A DNA stretch of 61,088 nucleotides, the filler included, from Sphacelaria rigidula (taxonomy: Eukaryota): the NCBI GenBank assembly GCA_964200075.2. It is 8 parts of 8 records of this genome, joined end to end, with 100 filler letters (N's around TTAATTAATTAA, not from the genome) between each part and the next. Parts side by side here need not be neighbours in the genome. Positions count along the whole stretch, not along the records: positions 7,650 to 15,198 come from CAXNAA020014384.1; positions 15,299 to 22,847 come from CAXNAA020014385.1; positions 22,948 to 30,496 come from CAXNAA020014386.1; 5 more parts are not named here. The stretch is one strand, 5' to 3'. Both the position numbers and the translations under genes were made by a program. How positions within the stretch are numbered: the first letter of the stretch is position 1; each line of letters starts with the position of its first letter. Shown here piece by piece: positions 12,501-25,415 of this stretch. The notes under the pieces are model-generated. The model searched no databases and was not told where the DNA came from. It saw only the letters and a list, made by a program, of their open reading frames with translations.

Positions 12501-13790
12501 GAGGCATTTACCTTTCTACTTTTCACCGCTTCTCTGTGACACTTCGATCTAGCCGAACCCCCGTAAAACGGTGAAAACGAAATAAAACTCGTCCATACGA
12601 GGTTGCGTCATGACCCATAGCACAGTTGCGCGAAACTTCCAACTCCTTGGAACGGCGTAAAGTCTTTCGCGTTTTGCGATGAGCGAATCCCGTCGGACCC
12701 CCGAAAAACGGGAAAAGTTCAAGAATTACAATAACCTCGTTGAACGAAAATTGCGTAATGGTCAACGAGGTTTTTGCGCGTTTGTGCGAGGATGTGAGGT
12801 TGAAACGCGCCAACTCCGAACTACCTGGCCGAGTATGAAGACAATTTTCAGGGTGAACATCACGTCAACGCATGAAAAATTGAATAAGATTTTCGAGTTT
12901 CTCCATAAGAAACTGTACATGTGCTTCCTGGACCATCCCGAGAGCATCATGTAATCGTTCCTTGTTTTTGAGTCATTCTGTACCGCCTTCCGGGGGTACT
13001 TCTACTGGAAACTCCGGAAGCCGTTGGATAACTGAGGAACTTCAAACTTCTGCCAAAGACACAATTTTTCCATTCGGATCATAAAGAACTACGGATCTGC
13101 CGAGTTTGGGGATGATCTCGGCTCTTTTACAACATATAAAAGGGAAATCGTCACAAGGCCCCCGAGTCTTTCCTGCGTATCATGAGTGGAAACTGGGCGA
13201 CGCCAAACTCACATCACCGAAACATATCGGTTTCGGGTATAGTTCTACCCCGTTGAAGCCGTTTTCAAATCCGTTTCTCCCGGTAGATTCTCGAGGTGAT
13301 GAAGGTCACTACGATTTGAAGCATGTTGATGGTTGAACCTGAGGATCCTGGCCTGCTGCCTATTCACGCCTTGGGTATATTTCTCACTCCCACCATCATA
13401 TTGGTTGCGAAGTAGTCGGGCCTCCCGCACACAACGTGGTTTACTGATTATTTGCCTTCACGGATGAAATAACAATGATGAATAAACGCGATAAATTATT
13501 TTATTCTCCCGCCCTCCATTTGTCGTCGCGTGCGTGCGTCCTAACTTCCTGACGACTCTCATGATCAAGGTCTTGCCGCTGAGATCCCCGAGGACTTGTA
13601 CATGCTTATCAAAAAGGCGGTGGCCGTGCGTAAGCACCTTGAGCGCAACCGCCGTGACAAGGACTCGAAGTTCCGCCTCATTCTCATCGAGTCGCGTATC
13701 CACCGCCTCGCCCGGTACTACCGTACCAACCGCAAGCTGGCGGCTAACTGGAAGTACGAGAGCTCGTCTGCTTCAGCCCTTGTGGCTTAG
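9506..13790 (+). CDS. RPS13: 40S ribosomal protein S13 (uS15); exons 9506-9652, 12162-12249, 13570-13790; 151 aa
   Basis: Spliced translation [27 protein letters not shown]...[91 protein letters not shown]...ASALVA*; 147+88+221=456 nt, the canonical RPS13 length; intron 1 is GC-AG and intron 2 is GT-AG. Confidence 0.98.
11615..12110. mobile_element. TIR element (family D) in RPS13 intron 1; inverted relative at 58268-58880
   Basis: Inverted termini TCGAGGGTAGATCGAGTA (11615) / TACTCGACCTACCCTTGA (to 11911), many internal TACTCGAGTA palindromes; the adjoining GGTGAGATGGGGCGCTGGGGCAGGT is the reverse complement of sequence near 58540. Confidence 0.75.
12390..12960. mobile_element. Fold-back-type repeat (family E) in RPS13 intron 2; relative at 16060-16640
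   Basis: GTTGCGTCATGACCCATAGCACAGTTG (~12602) is the reverse complement of CAACTGTGCTATGGGTCATGACGCAAC (~16401); both loci are internally inverted. Confidence 0.7.
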
Positions 13791-15310
13791 GCGTGTGAAA
13801 CGCAGTGTCTAGCAAGTCATTCCGGCCTGGAGTCCTGCCCAAGTCTGTCGTCTGTTGGCACGCCTGAGGGCAGTGTTGTTTCCTTGGTTGAATGGGGGGC
13901 GAACACGACAGGAGATGGGCCGGGGTCGCAGCTAGGAAGTGACGATGGGGACGAGGAAAAGCAAAGCGAAGAAAAATAAACAAGCAAATTCGAGGCTCTG
14001 TGTGAATTTCAAGTACCTGGCAGTGTTCTTTTCGCTCCCTTCTAGGCACTCGTGGAGTTGTCCACGATGAGGTGCGTTGCTTGCAAACAGATGGGATCGT
14101 CTGTGCTCTTATTTTCTACTTTCTTACAAGCTTACCTCCGAACTTGAACCGGGAACAAGGGCTCATGTCGGGGAAGGCAGTATCGTTTTCCGATACCTAC
14201 GCATGTTTGTGCCCTCTGGTGTACCGGGAGTTTCCCACGTGATTGCTGCGGAGTCTATTCCCCATGAGCGTCTCACACCACGAATGTGAGACATATCCGT
14301 GCGGTCCCATCTTCAATTGCGAAAGTAACACCCCGAAGTCTTCGTGGCTTTAAGTCATGCCGCTCTTGACGTTTGCCCAGACCCGCTGTGAGGCTGTAGG
14401 TCAACTGTTCCCAAGTTCCGGTTGTAATCCTCGTCTGATTGATTGCTCAAGTCGCGGTGATGTTCATTTCCACGTGAATTTGTCGTCTGCGCATCACCAG
14501 GAGATGCACGAAAGGGCACGTCCTGAACGGACAAATCCTGCAGTATATTATGCATATCTTGCAGTGGACACCAAGGAAGGGTGAGACCCGGTAGTGAGAG
14601 GACACCGCCTCGATTCATGACGAGGTCGAAATTATTATGAAGCTGAAGCACGATTTTCTTGCACTCCCCCAACGGAAAATACTCACGATAATGCCATGTA
14701 CTATGTAAAGTATGAAATTTATCATCTCTTGCAATAGGTTCAAGGAGATAACTATACTGTACTCGACTGTCCAGGCTGGGACATCTTGTCCGATTTTCAC
14801 CTCCTCCGCACATTCTTCAATCCCCATCGGCTCGGAAATGCAGAGCATTCATTATGTGGCACTTGAGAGTCATGACTCAAGCCGTGTGTTTGCACATGCA
14901 CATGAGCTTCCGATCGATGAAGAGCGGTAGGACACATGAACGCCGAATGTTGAGTAGTGATTTCAACTATATTCAATCATCACAACCGAAGATGAGTGAT
15001 GATACCGAAAATTACATGGGGATTCTTGTTTCAACAGCCGATCATCTGTGTTGAGGATGGTGCTATCGGATCGCCGAAATTCCTCGAAATTGGATTCTCC
15101 CGTAGGACCGCAACATTTCGGTTATTGACATCCAAATTTTCAGTACATGTAGCAGTTATTATTAGCCACCAGTGGGTGAAGAAATGGAACCATATTTCNN
15201 NNNNNNNNNNNNNNNNNNNNNNNNNNNNNNNNNNNNNNNNNNTTAATTAATTAANNNNNNNNNNNNNNNNNNNNNNNNNNNNNNNNNNNNNNNNNNNNGG
15301 GGGGGGGGGC

Positions 15311-15380
15311 GTACTCATTTGTTGCTTGCCTTAGTCGTTTGACCATTCACCACGCATCCCTTTCGAGACGGAGCACTGTA
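15311..15380 (+). repeat. Dispersed repeat family F; copies at 22948, 38661 and inverted at ~24775-24840, with internal pieces at 18600-18730, 24390-24720, 30650-30850 and 38290-38395
   Basis: ACTCATTTGTTG..GTCGTTTGACCATT..CACGCATCCCTTTCGAGACGGAGCA and ACAAAGCCG.GACGGAGCACGCCGGG..TTCGCCGGACC recur. Confidence 0.75.
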
Positions 15381-18300
15381 TGTAGTGGGCGGGGATGAAC
15401 AAGCTGTGTGTAGGCATTTGATCTCCGTCGCTGTGAACTGCCCAGAACGTGCAAGGGACTATGCAGCGGCAGCTGGTGCTGCAGTCGGAGAGGTGTACTG
15501 CACTTACTGTACTGTACTGTACTGTATTTATGTGCGCCGCAACGCCCATACCCGTTGAAGAGAATTTGTCTATTGCAACAAAGAGGGAGATGGCGGCCCA
15601 ACTCTACCACCAAGGGCTATGTGGCAGAGTGATGGGAACATCACTACCATCCAAGGCCACAAGTGGCGGGCGGCCCGCCGGTCGCCGCATCCTGTTGAAA
15701 GTTCTCCACCACGATCCATACTGCTTGCTACATCAGATGTACATTACCTAATGCACACCCTGCACCTGAAGGTAGATTGGATTCAACTTTCGGTCTTCAT
15801 CATAACTCCGCGGTTACATACGCGGATTTTCAGCAATGTGCCACTGTATTGTGAAGACGTCAGACACGTCATTCCTAACCAGCCTCATTGGTCGTTCTGG
15901 GGGGCCGGTCCCAAAGGTGTTGATTTGTTCCCCAACGAGCAATGACTCGAGTGCTCGCTCTATTAGTTTTTACGGCCAACGAGCAGCCCAACGAGTGCGA
16001 GTGCCCCGACTCACACTCGCGCTCGTCCGACGTATGCAATATTCTATGGACGACGTTGTTTTATTTCTTGAGTTTTCCACCGTTTTTCGGGGGTCTGACG
16101 GGATCCAAGTCGTTTTTCGAAGCAGTCTCCATCCTGGGACCCCATAAAATCGGCACCATGGTTTTTTCTTTTTCCAACGAGCTGTCGCCACACAACCCCA
16201 ATGAAAGGCCCCACAAAATTTCGTCACAAAACTCGATCAACTGATGCTTGACTTTTCAAGTTCACGTCAAAGAAGGCCCAAAAACGCCGTTTTGGTACTA
16301 AAATCAAGTAGTTTGCGGTTCCACCGCGGCACGGCAAGGTCATCGCATAAAAGCGAAAAACCTCACGCCGTTTCAAGGAGTTGGACCCTGAATTTTTGCA
16401 CAACTGTGCTATGGGTCATGACGCAACTTTGGATGAACGAAGTTTTTTTTTAGTTTCGTGTTTCCGTTTTACGGGGGTCCGATTGGATCGATGTTTCCCC
16501 GAAAAAACTGGGACCCCCGAAAAACGGTGAAAAATTCGAGAGGTCGAAAACCTCGATCTTCGAAAGTTTCGTCATGACCCATAGAATATTTGTGCAAATT
16601 TTCAGGGTGAAATTCTTCAAAACGGCGTGAGGTTTTGTCGACGAGTGTTTTTTGGTAATAAGCCTGAACCAGCCTGTGTCAGAATTGGGAAAGTGATGTT
16701 CATCGTTTTCTACAAGGCGCATGAGCATAACTTCAAATTCTGGGGCGCGCGAGAGAGACTCAGCACTCTGCTGTCGTGTCGTGGTGTATGGCCCGTACAG
16801 TCCGTCTGTACTACTGTAATATATTGACTAAGCAATACATGGGCTGCGTGACGCAAGACGATCAATAAAAACACCGCCTTGCTGTACTATCTGAAGAACT
16901 GGCGGTTGTGCTTTTTGGCTGCACGCTAGTACTTGACTATACGGACAGTACGGACAACAGTGCTGTATTCAAGCTACAGAGTATGCATTGGCTGTATTAC
17001 TGCAGTGGTAGCATTAATTTTAGTCTTGTGTGTACAGTCAGTACGGTCCTGTCTCCAAACGGCTCGGGTGCGTGGGCAGTCTGTACTGAATTGCGACTGC
17101 TGTTCGCAACACGCTGCATGCGCAGACCTGAACTGAGCTAAAATACTCCACGTACGGACTAGATATAGACTTGTCTGTACAGCACTCGTCATCGACCCTG
17201 TCCTGTAGTGTTCTCGCGGGGTAAAGAGCCACCTCGCTACTGGCGGGCGGAGGACAATGAAGTAACACACTGACTGCCCGTGAGCACCTCATCAGCAGTA
17301 GTGATGACAGCCAAGCCATCGTGGGTGCTGTCGTGGGCTATACAGGCGTGGGTGGTCTAACCATTAATTATGTGGCTTTTTGTGATTTTTTCCTACTTGG
17401 CGATTTTCTTGGCTTCTTTTTGCTCACCACCGCTGATCACATCGGGGATCTGAAGACATTTGTATCTGCTCCACATTCCAAGAAAAAATAATAATATGTA
17501 CTCAATATTCAGTGACTTACGGGCTGACTGGTCATAGGGGGTCCTGCCACGTTTCAGCCCAGATTCCTATTCTTCGGTATTTTCGGTCGATCGAGCCTGT
17601 CCCGATCACATTTGTCAAGAAACGTACAGTTTTATTTTTTCGACATTCTACCTACTCATTGCTCTAGAGCCGAAAAACTGTTTTTCACGGTTAATAACAC
17701 CCTCCTGATAAACGGGGTATTTACTCGTATCGCCCGTAACACCATCTTACACTGACTTGGGCACTGCATTTCGAGGATGATCTGTTGATTGTGTCAAAAT
17801 CTACCGACGCTAGCAATTTCGAGCTCTTTCGAAGAGTAGTACGCGAGGAAATATCAAAACACCCCTTGAATAGTTAGACCGCCCACTTCTGTAGGGCGTT
17901 TCGGGCGGTGGAATTTCAAACTTTTTTTCAACAACATTTTTCTATATCTTGGGCTCAAAAAATGTTTCCAGACTTTTTTTTCTCAAAATACGCGTTTTAT
18001 GCTATCATGAGGAGTGTTGTTTTTGGCCTGCTTTCAGAAAACGTGTTTTTTATACTGTTTTTTTACATAAAAAGTAGCTCAAGGCATGAAAATATGAAGG
18101 GAAAATCCCAAAAGCTGAACATCGTTCCTTTTATTCCCTAGCGATTCTCGATAACAAAATTCGAAGCATGACTCTCAAAAATTAGACGTGAAATCCTATG
18201 TAAGTGCACTTCGTGCCTCTGCTCGTCATGTGATGAGTCCAGCATGGAATCTTATGTACGCCGTATCTCTAGATAGATCACGAATCAGATGAAGGTGAGG

Positions 18301-20249
18301 GTATCGATCGTTTTCCATCTCCGCACGGTATAGGAATGACTCGTCAGCTGGTTTTATCTACAAGAAAACAATAACCCGGGCTGTTGAGTAGGTGGGCACA
18401 CTCCCCCTGCTTGAACGATTCGAACGATATATCCGGTTCACGGCGCAATTCGTCTGCGTCGATGAGATGTGGCTGTGAGACCTCAGATCCGTTTTTGGGT
18501 TGGCCCAGCTCGTAACTGATCCCCGAGATGGTCATCACCCAGCCGTGATCCTTGTCCGCATGATGAACGTATCCAAGGTAAAACGAAACGGAAACTCTAG
18601 CCAAAGAAAATATAAGTTGGGGCGGGTGTACCCATGATCTTGAATGCCGTGGTCATAAAACCATTGACCTCGCATTCCTACAAAGCCGAGACGGAGCACG
18701 CCGGGTTTTCGCCGGACCAGGCTCGCAATCAATCACCAATCGCGAAGCGTCGGCGAGGCGCCGCAGTGTAAATTGAGGGGGTTGGGGAGGGGGGAGGGAG
18801 GGAGAGAGATGAAACAAAAAAAACTGAAGAACAAAAGAAGAGAAAATGGTAGGGAAAGGAACGGAGAAGAGAGTGTGGACTTGAGCCTTGGAGTTTCTCC
18901 CTGGTGACCGGGGCTGAAAGCCTCACAGTATCGCTGTATCTATTTTGAGGATCAGCTCCCATCGAGATGCTGGAACTACGACTAAAAAAAGAGAAAATGT
19001 ACAACAGTCGGTACAGTACAGCAAAACTTGAACGCCTTAGTTCATATTATTACAAACAATTTGCACACCAAATATAAATATTTCGTCACTTATGACTCTT
19101 GCTCCGATATCTTCTCCGAGCGCCGAGACCATGCATATGGGCGTTTTCATGTTTTGCCGACCCCTATACTCTCGTCGAAGAGTCATGCACCATCCGGGCG
19201 TTTGAGCATTATACGTATGTTTTCGGGAGTATGTGTCCGTATCCTTGACTGCCGTTGTTACGGTCCGCAGACAGCAATCATGGTGCACCCACATCGGCGG
19301 CGGCTAGCCTTCAATGTCTGCGCGCTGGTCCGAATGTGGGCCGTTGGAGCGTTGCGGGCGACCTGCGTGTTCGCTGCTTCGCGGCAGTCTAACTCAACAA
19401 AGCAACTGCGTGTGGTACTATATGCTGCGGCAGCAGCACGGGCAGTTAGTGCCGAACGATTGCTCCTCCTCCTTCGAACTTCCCCGCCCCCTTCCGACAC
19501 ACAAAACACTTTTTGTCCAAGATATCCTCCTCGCTTTCCCGGCTATTCCTGCGCGCTGATGGCCTGCTAATTATTGTTGCCTTCTGTTCGTCCGACAGAT
19601 GACTCCGAAGTTTGGATTTCGAGTTTGAGATCGTCCCCCCCGCGGCGGCTCCGCTCGGGTATTTGGACGACGTATTTTGGCGGTAGCACGAGGACTCTAC
19701 AGCCCTTTCAATCCTCAGGCAAAGACTCCCCCGCAAGTTGACTGAGATGGATATATGCGACACTTGGGGTTCAGCAGAACAGCCGTTTCCTCGCTACACA
19801 AAACGCCTTTTTTTCATTAACATGTGGATATTGGGCATCCATATAGAAATGAGCCCGGGAGAGTCCCTGACCGGCTTTGACCCTGGAGGATATGGCCTGC
19901 AGAGTCAGTATGTGTGCTGTATGACTTTGTTAGATACAACGGCAAGAGCCGGTCAGCGTGCCATCGCTCTCGACTGAACACAGTCTACTGCATGCTGCTG
20001 ATGTCTCTGCTTGGTGTTCCACAGTAACACTACAGATATTGTGAATCTATGCTGGCAACACATGGGCGGCGTAGACTACGAGCAGAGTGAAAAGTGCGTT
20101 TTTTGTTGTGCCCATGTAATCTAGGGTTGAGTTGTCATGACCGAAATGAGAAATTCGGCTAGGCAGCAAAGTGGTCCATCTGTGGTCCACCTGTAGGGGA
20201 TCAACGTGACCATTTTGATAGCCGTTACAGTGCCCGCCTAGCGAATGAC

Positions 20250-20720
20250 AATTTATGACCGCTACGATCGTGTTGCTTCGGTTGAGTCTACAGTAAGCCC
20301 AAACTGTACTCGCAAGATAAAGTGCACATATTAGTAGCGAATGCACCTTGTCTTCGGCGCGCATCATGTCGCCCTTCAAGTGCTCAATGACGACACCTGC
20401 ATCACCGTGCGTCGCCCACAGATCGCCGCACGTGTGGATTTCCCAAGGGAGAACGAAGTTGGTTGTATGAAAAATCCCGTTGTGTGTCAACGGCATCGTT
20501 CATACAACCATCTCCGTTCTCCCTCTAGAGATCCACATGTGCGACGATCTGTGGGAGACGCAGGGTTATGCGGGTGTCATCACCCAGCACTTGCAAAGTG
20601 ACATGCTGTGCGCCGAAGACAAGGTGCATTCGCTCCTGTTCTATGCATTGTATTTTGTGGGTGTGCAGTGTAAGCTTATAGTGGACTGAACTGAGCCGCA
20701 CGTCCGTAGCGGCCATAGAA
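20250..20720. ncRNA. Long imperfect fold-back hairpin, candidate miRNA or hpRNA precursor
   Basis: 20250-20482 is the reverse complement of 20488-20720 (e.g. AGCGAATGCACCTTGTCTTCGGCGC / GCGCCGAAGACAAGGTGCATTCGCT); loop about 5 nt (TGTGT). The inverted repeat is certain; RNA function is inferred. Confidence 0.5.
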
Positions 20721-22123
20721 ATTCACGTGTAAGGTCGTCACGAACAATGTCGAGCCTCGTTTCTGACTTGAAGTTTTCCGTGGGAAACATCCCAACACAC
20801 AGGGGAGCTTTTCGGCTGTTCTGCAAACAGGCCGCCACACCCCTGTCACAAACCACCCACTGCCCTGCCCGCCTGCTGGAAACCTCCAGATGTTCCTGGA
20901 ATGTCAGCCTGTGAAACTGCTCCGAAGCGACGCCCGCTGTCTAAGGGTTGCACAATGTTGTGTCCCGGACTGTCAGCAGGGCTTATCCCAGTCTCCGCGA
21001 AACTAGCCATTGTTGGTATGACTCGTTTGAGTGTGAACACCGAGATTTGGATCTTTAGTAGGGCTGACAGTCCCGAGTGCTTCCAAGCGTAGTCAAAACG
21101 CGTTTTTGTCCAAAGCACCGATTTGAGGTCTGCCAACCCAGACTATTTCTGGGATTGGGGTTAAGACTAGGGTTAAGGTTGAAATGTGTCAACCGTCGTT
21201 ATTTTGGAGACGAATTAGGCGAACCCTCTTCTCTGGACTCGTGCCTCCGATAGAAGTGACATCTGGGATGCACTTCTCTTCGGGTGTGGAGTCATGCCAT
21301 CTTGGAAACGTTGGTCACTCTGTGTGTTTTTTTTGCCGCACTTTGAATCCCTCCCCTTCTCGGGATGAGTCCGTGGTCTCGAGGGATCAACCCCTCTCTC
21401 CCCCGGTACACGCCTTGCATTTTGGTCTCGCGGATTGGATCATGACTATCAGCACTCCCGCACCACGTCAACTCACGCCAAACAAACTTAGTCGCCTACT
21501 TTGTTTACTTACTCACATTCTCACGCTTTCCACGGTGGAAATCACATACTACGAAGGAAAAACCCAACGCATCGAGAGTCGAACCCTCATTATCCCCACC
21601 CTATTTGCGACAGTCGGACCATTACACCACCGGGGTGCGGCGGATCTGAGAACACGAAAATAAAGTGGATGTCGATTTACACCGCGATAAGGTGGTAGGT
21701 GGTAGTGAGGGTGAGCACCTGCTAGAGATGGGATGAGAAGGGCACATGTCACCTTCGATGCCAAGGATACAAGGAGTCGCTCTTCTCGCCCAGAGCTTTC
21801 AATGAAACCCATCAACTATTTACGTAACCCCACTATGGGTGTTGAGTTATTGCGTTTTGACTAACCTCATATGCTAGGACCTCCAACATGTTGTGTACGT
21901 TATGCCGGCGCGCGTGCTCGTTCGGCTGGGGTCTAGGTATTTATTCGCGTATCTGTCGCTTTTTCGTGTGGGGGCCCATACCCATGGTATCTGGGCCTTA
22001 GCCCTTTCGTTTTTTTTTTTTCCCAAATAATCATGCGCCTTGTTAACAAGGGGGTCATTCCAAAGCAGAAGCCCTGCCGAGGCATTCCAATTACTTGATC
22101 TTGGAGAGCAAGACCGAAAAAAA

Positions 22124-22415
22124 CAGGGGTCTACATGTTACACGTGCCACAGCGTTACACGTTATGTTCACGTTACGTTTTGGCCGAAACGTAACGTGAA
22201 CGTTAAATTTGTTTCACGTGATGAACGTAACGTTAAAATTATGAATGGAACGTTAACGTGACATACGTAACGTAACGTGAACGTTTAATTGCCCACGCGT
22301 TCAAATCACGTGATATGAAACGTTTCATGTAACGTGTAACGTCTATTACACGTTACACGTGCATTAGACATTACACGTTACACGTTACGTTCTATGTTAC
22401 GTTGCACGTTACATG
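22124..22415. repeat. Array of ACGTTAC/GTAACGT units following CAGGGGTCT; probable hAT-like subterminal repeats
   Basis: Dense ACGT-core repeats in both orientations. Confidence 0.6.
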
Positions 22416-23309
22416 AAATGTCATGAACACGCCACATGCAGTGGTGAAACTTCAAGCTTGCAATAAATTAAAAAATCCTGGAACATGGTGCTTCAATAAA
22501 CACGCGTGAGTTTGAATGACCATGGTATAGGTATGGTACTAATGCAAAAATTTCGCGCTCTCCCCGCCACACGTCACAATCATACGAAGCACCATGATCA
22601 TCTCGATCACATTCAAGGCTACTTATTTATAAAAAACATGTAGTCAGAAAAGCCGTTTCTCAACAGCGCGATTTTCCACATAATTCTTCAAAGTACCCTT
22701 CCTCACGTATTCGACGCGCTGTCAAAAATGGAGACGCAGCGCTCATCGTTTTCTATGAGGTGTGCAGGCATCATTTCAAATTCTGAGGCGCGCGAGATAG
22801 ACGCAGCACTCTGCTGTCGTGTCGTGGTGTACGGTCCGTACTAACTGNNNNNNNNNNNNNNNNNNNNNNNNNNNNNNNNNNNNNNNNNNNNTTAATTAAT
22901 TAANNNNNNNNNNNNNNNNNNNNNNNNNNNNNNNNNNNNNNNNNNNNACTCATTTGTTGCTTGCCTGAGTCGTTTGACCATTGACCACGCATCCCTTTCG
23001 AGACGGAGCATGAGAAGGGGGGGATGGGGGTGAGGGCATTTTGGTACATTTAACCACATGGGCGACCAGGCCTCTTTTCGGAACAATATCACCGACTGAA
23101 CTTTAACGCTCGTACCGTGTGCACGGCCTTGCAGCTGAGCCGCTCCTATCTGATTGCGAGCACCAGTCAGACGACATCATACTGTCTGTAATACTTTCGT
23201 ATCCCTACCCTCTGACTCGTCGTCATGTGCTTGTCTAAATTACACCAGTTGCTTTCACACATACGATAGTTTTCAGGGGATCATTACCCTACATTTTGGG
23301 GGTATACCC

Positions 23310-23311
<2 letters not shown>

Positions 23312-23353
<42 letters not shown>
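23312..23353. repeat. (GT)n microsatellite
   Basis: Direct inspection. Confidence 0.95.
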
Positions 23354-23355
<2 letters not shown>

Positions 23356-25205
23356 ATTCGCCACCAAGAAATAGGTGTGTTGACATGAAAATTTGTGTCG
23401 ATATATAGCTTTACTTTCGCATTAGCAATCATGATGAAAGAAGACTCTCCAGTAAAGATCCCTGAGTACCTATGAGTAAATACGTCCAGTGAACAGTCTG
23501 AGCGTACCGTTGTAATACAGTGTTGACGTACAGCCCTCCCGGATGATGGGATTCAGGAGAAGAAGAGTCATGACCTAAAGATGGTGTTTGGGGTGATGTA
23601 CTGCGTACAGTGATACAGCGCTCGAGGTACTATAAATAGTATGATGCCAAAAATAGTCGATAGTCATCCTCGGGCGGTGTTGTTTTCATAGAAGGTGGTT
23701 TACTGCGTATGAGAGATATCACACCGTATTCTCTCGCCTACTCTGCTTATTTGTCCATCAGGTGACCACGGCTCGACATGTTTGGGTAAAATTCATGTGT
23801 AACGATCAATCGAGTAATCAATTCAACCAGCTGAACCCAATTGGGTAACCACTCCTTGTGCTCAACGTTTGTTTTCCAAGTACATGGAGGCTTGTTTCAA
23901 CATCTTCGGTGTAGTGAAATGATCCGGACCTTTGTATAGGCTAATATAATAACCCAACTACACCCTAACGTTAAGCAACACTAACTGGAACCCCACCGAA
24001 GGCGGACTGTGAATTCTCGGACAAGTGGGGTGCTATGGTAGTTCCCAACACAGCATGCGCGTTGTTTTTGCCCGAGTCGGCGTCAATTTGAGGGGGGAAA
24101 ACGCCGTGGGGCATGACGTGTCAAGTCGTGGCACAAGAGTTCCCTCTGTATAGCAGGGGACCAGGCGTTGTGAAAGCCAAGAAAAAGTTTCTATGGAGAT
24201 CCTAATATAATTTTTCACGACCGAGATGGTAAGTAGTACTGGGTCCTCGGGGCAAGCACTGACTGCGGTATGCAAAACGCTTCCAAGTACCCCCCCCCTA
24301 CCCCACCGTCCCAATCTTAGTAGGATGCAGCTCACCCTTCATGAGACTCGCCGAACACACCATGGCGCTTCGCGCTTGGCGATGTCGAGCCTGGTTCAGC
24401 GAAACCCCAGTGTGCCCCATCCCGGCTTTGTAGGGATGCGAGGCCAATGGTCTTCTGACGAAGGCATGCAAGACCACGAGTGTCTTTCTACGATACCACC
24501 CCCCCCCCCCCCGGCAAAAGTGGCTGTTTCGGGAGGGGAAATCTACGGAAATCGAAATGAAAAAAGCCGAGTAAAACAAGCAGCTGGGAATTCTCACGCT
24601 TGGGGTCGTTTTCGCCAATGTCACCCATACGAGGCGCTTCATGCAGCATGAAACCAAACAGCAGACACTGTCTGTATGACCATTTTCTTCGTGGCAGTTT
24701 TGGGCTGTTTTTAGGGGGGACTATCATAGAAAGACTCATGAGTACAACCCTCCACCCCCTTCTGTTAGTAGGAACGGTGCTCCGTCTCGAAAGGCATGCA
24801 TGGTCAATGGTCAAATGACTAACGTAAGCAACGAATGTATTACGCCCCCCCGCGCCCCAACCCACCCCCCTCCTCTTCGAGGATTAGGGGTAGGTACAAG
24901 AGTAGTGAAACGATCCAGGATCATGATCCAAATCACAGTGTTGAGGGCGAGCGGGGTTTGGTAAAAGTCACGGTAAAGTTTGTGCGAGAAGCTGACGTGT
25001 ACTTGTATATAGCATGCGTAAACTGTGCTTTGCTTTTGTTGACTCTTTATTATCATTATTTTGTTACGTCTAAGTCTACTATGTCGTTATTTTCGTTTTT
25101 TTTTTTTTTTTCGGCGAGTGTTTCAGTTTTTCATTTTTGTTTTTCTTGGGTACGTCTATCATGAGACCATGGCTGGACCCCTTGGGGGTCACTCAAAGTG
25201 CGACG

Positions 25206-25239
<34 letters not shown>

Positions 25240-25415
25240 CTGCTAGAATGTTGTGTATCCGCCCCCGCGCCCCCCCCCCCTCTTCCCCCGACCGTTGCGG
25301 TGACAACTACCTTCCTTTTGTCCTGCCTTCCTTGGAAACGGCCCACGACCCATCATCGCCCGATCGACAACAAAAAACCGGCGAAAATGAACTTGAAAAA
25401 AAATGAAACAGAAAG

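Noticed and set aside
9653-13569. Intronic snoRNAs in RPS13 (vertebrate RPS13 hosts U14)
   Set aside because: No U14 domain A or B antisense elements found. C/D-like pairs such as GTGATGA at ~13296 with CTGA at ~13339 are too close together and lack a convincing rRNA-complementary guide. A cmscan or snoscan run would settle it.
14355-14547. Possible terminal exon of a gene converging on RPS13
   Set aside because: Only an acceptor-like CTGCAG and a low-complexity peptide; no upstream exon identified.
22124-22415. CRISPR-like array
   Set aside because: Units are 7-9 nt with no unique spacers, in a eukaryotic context.
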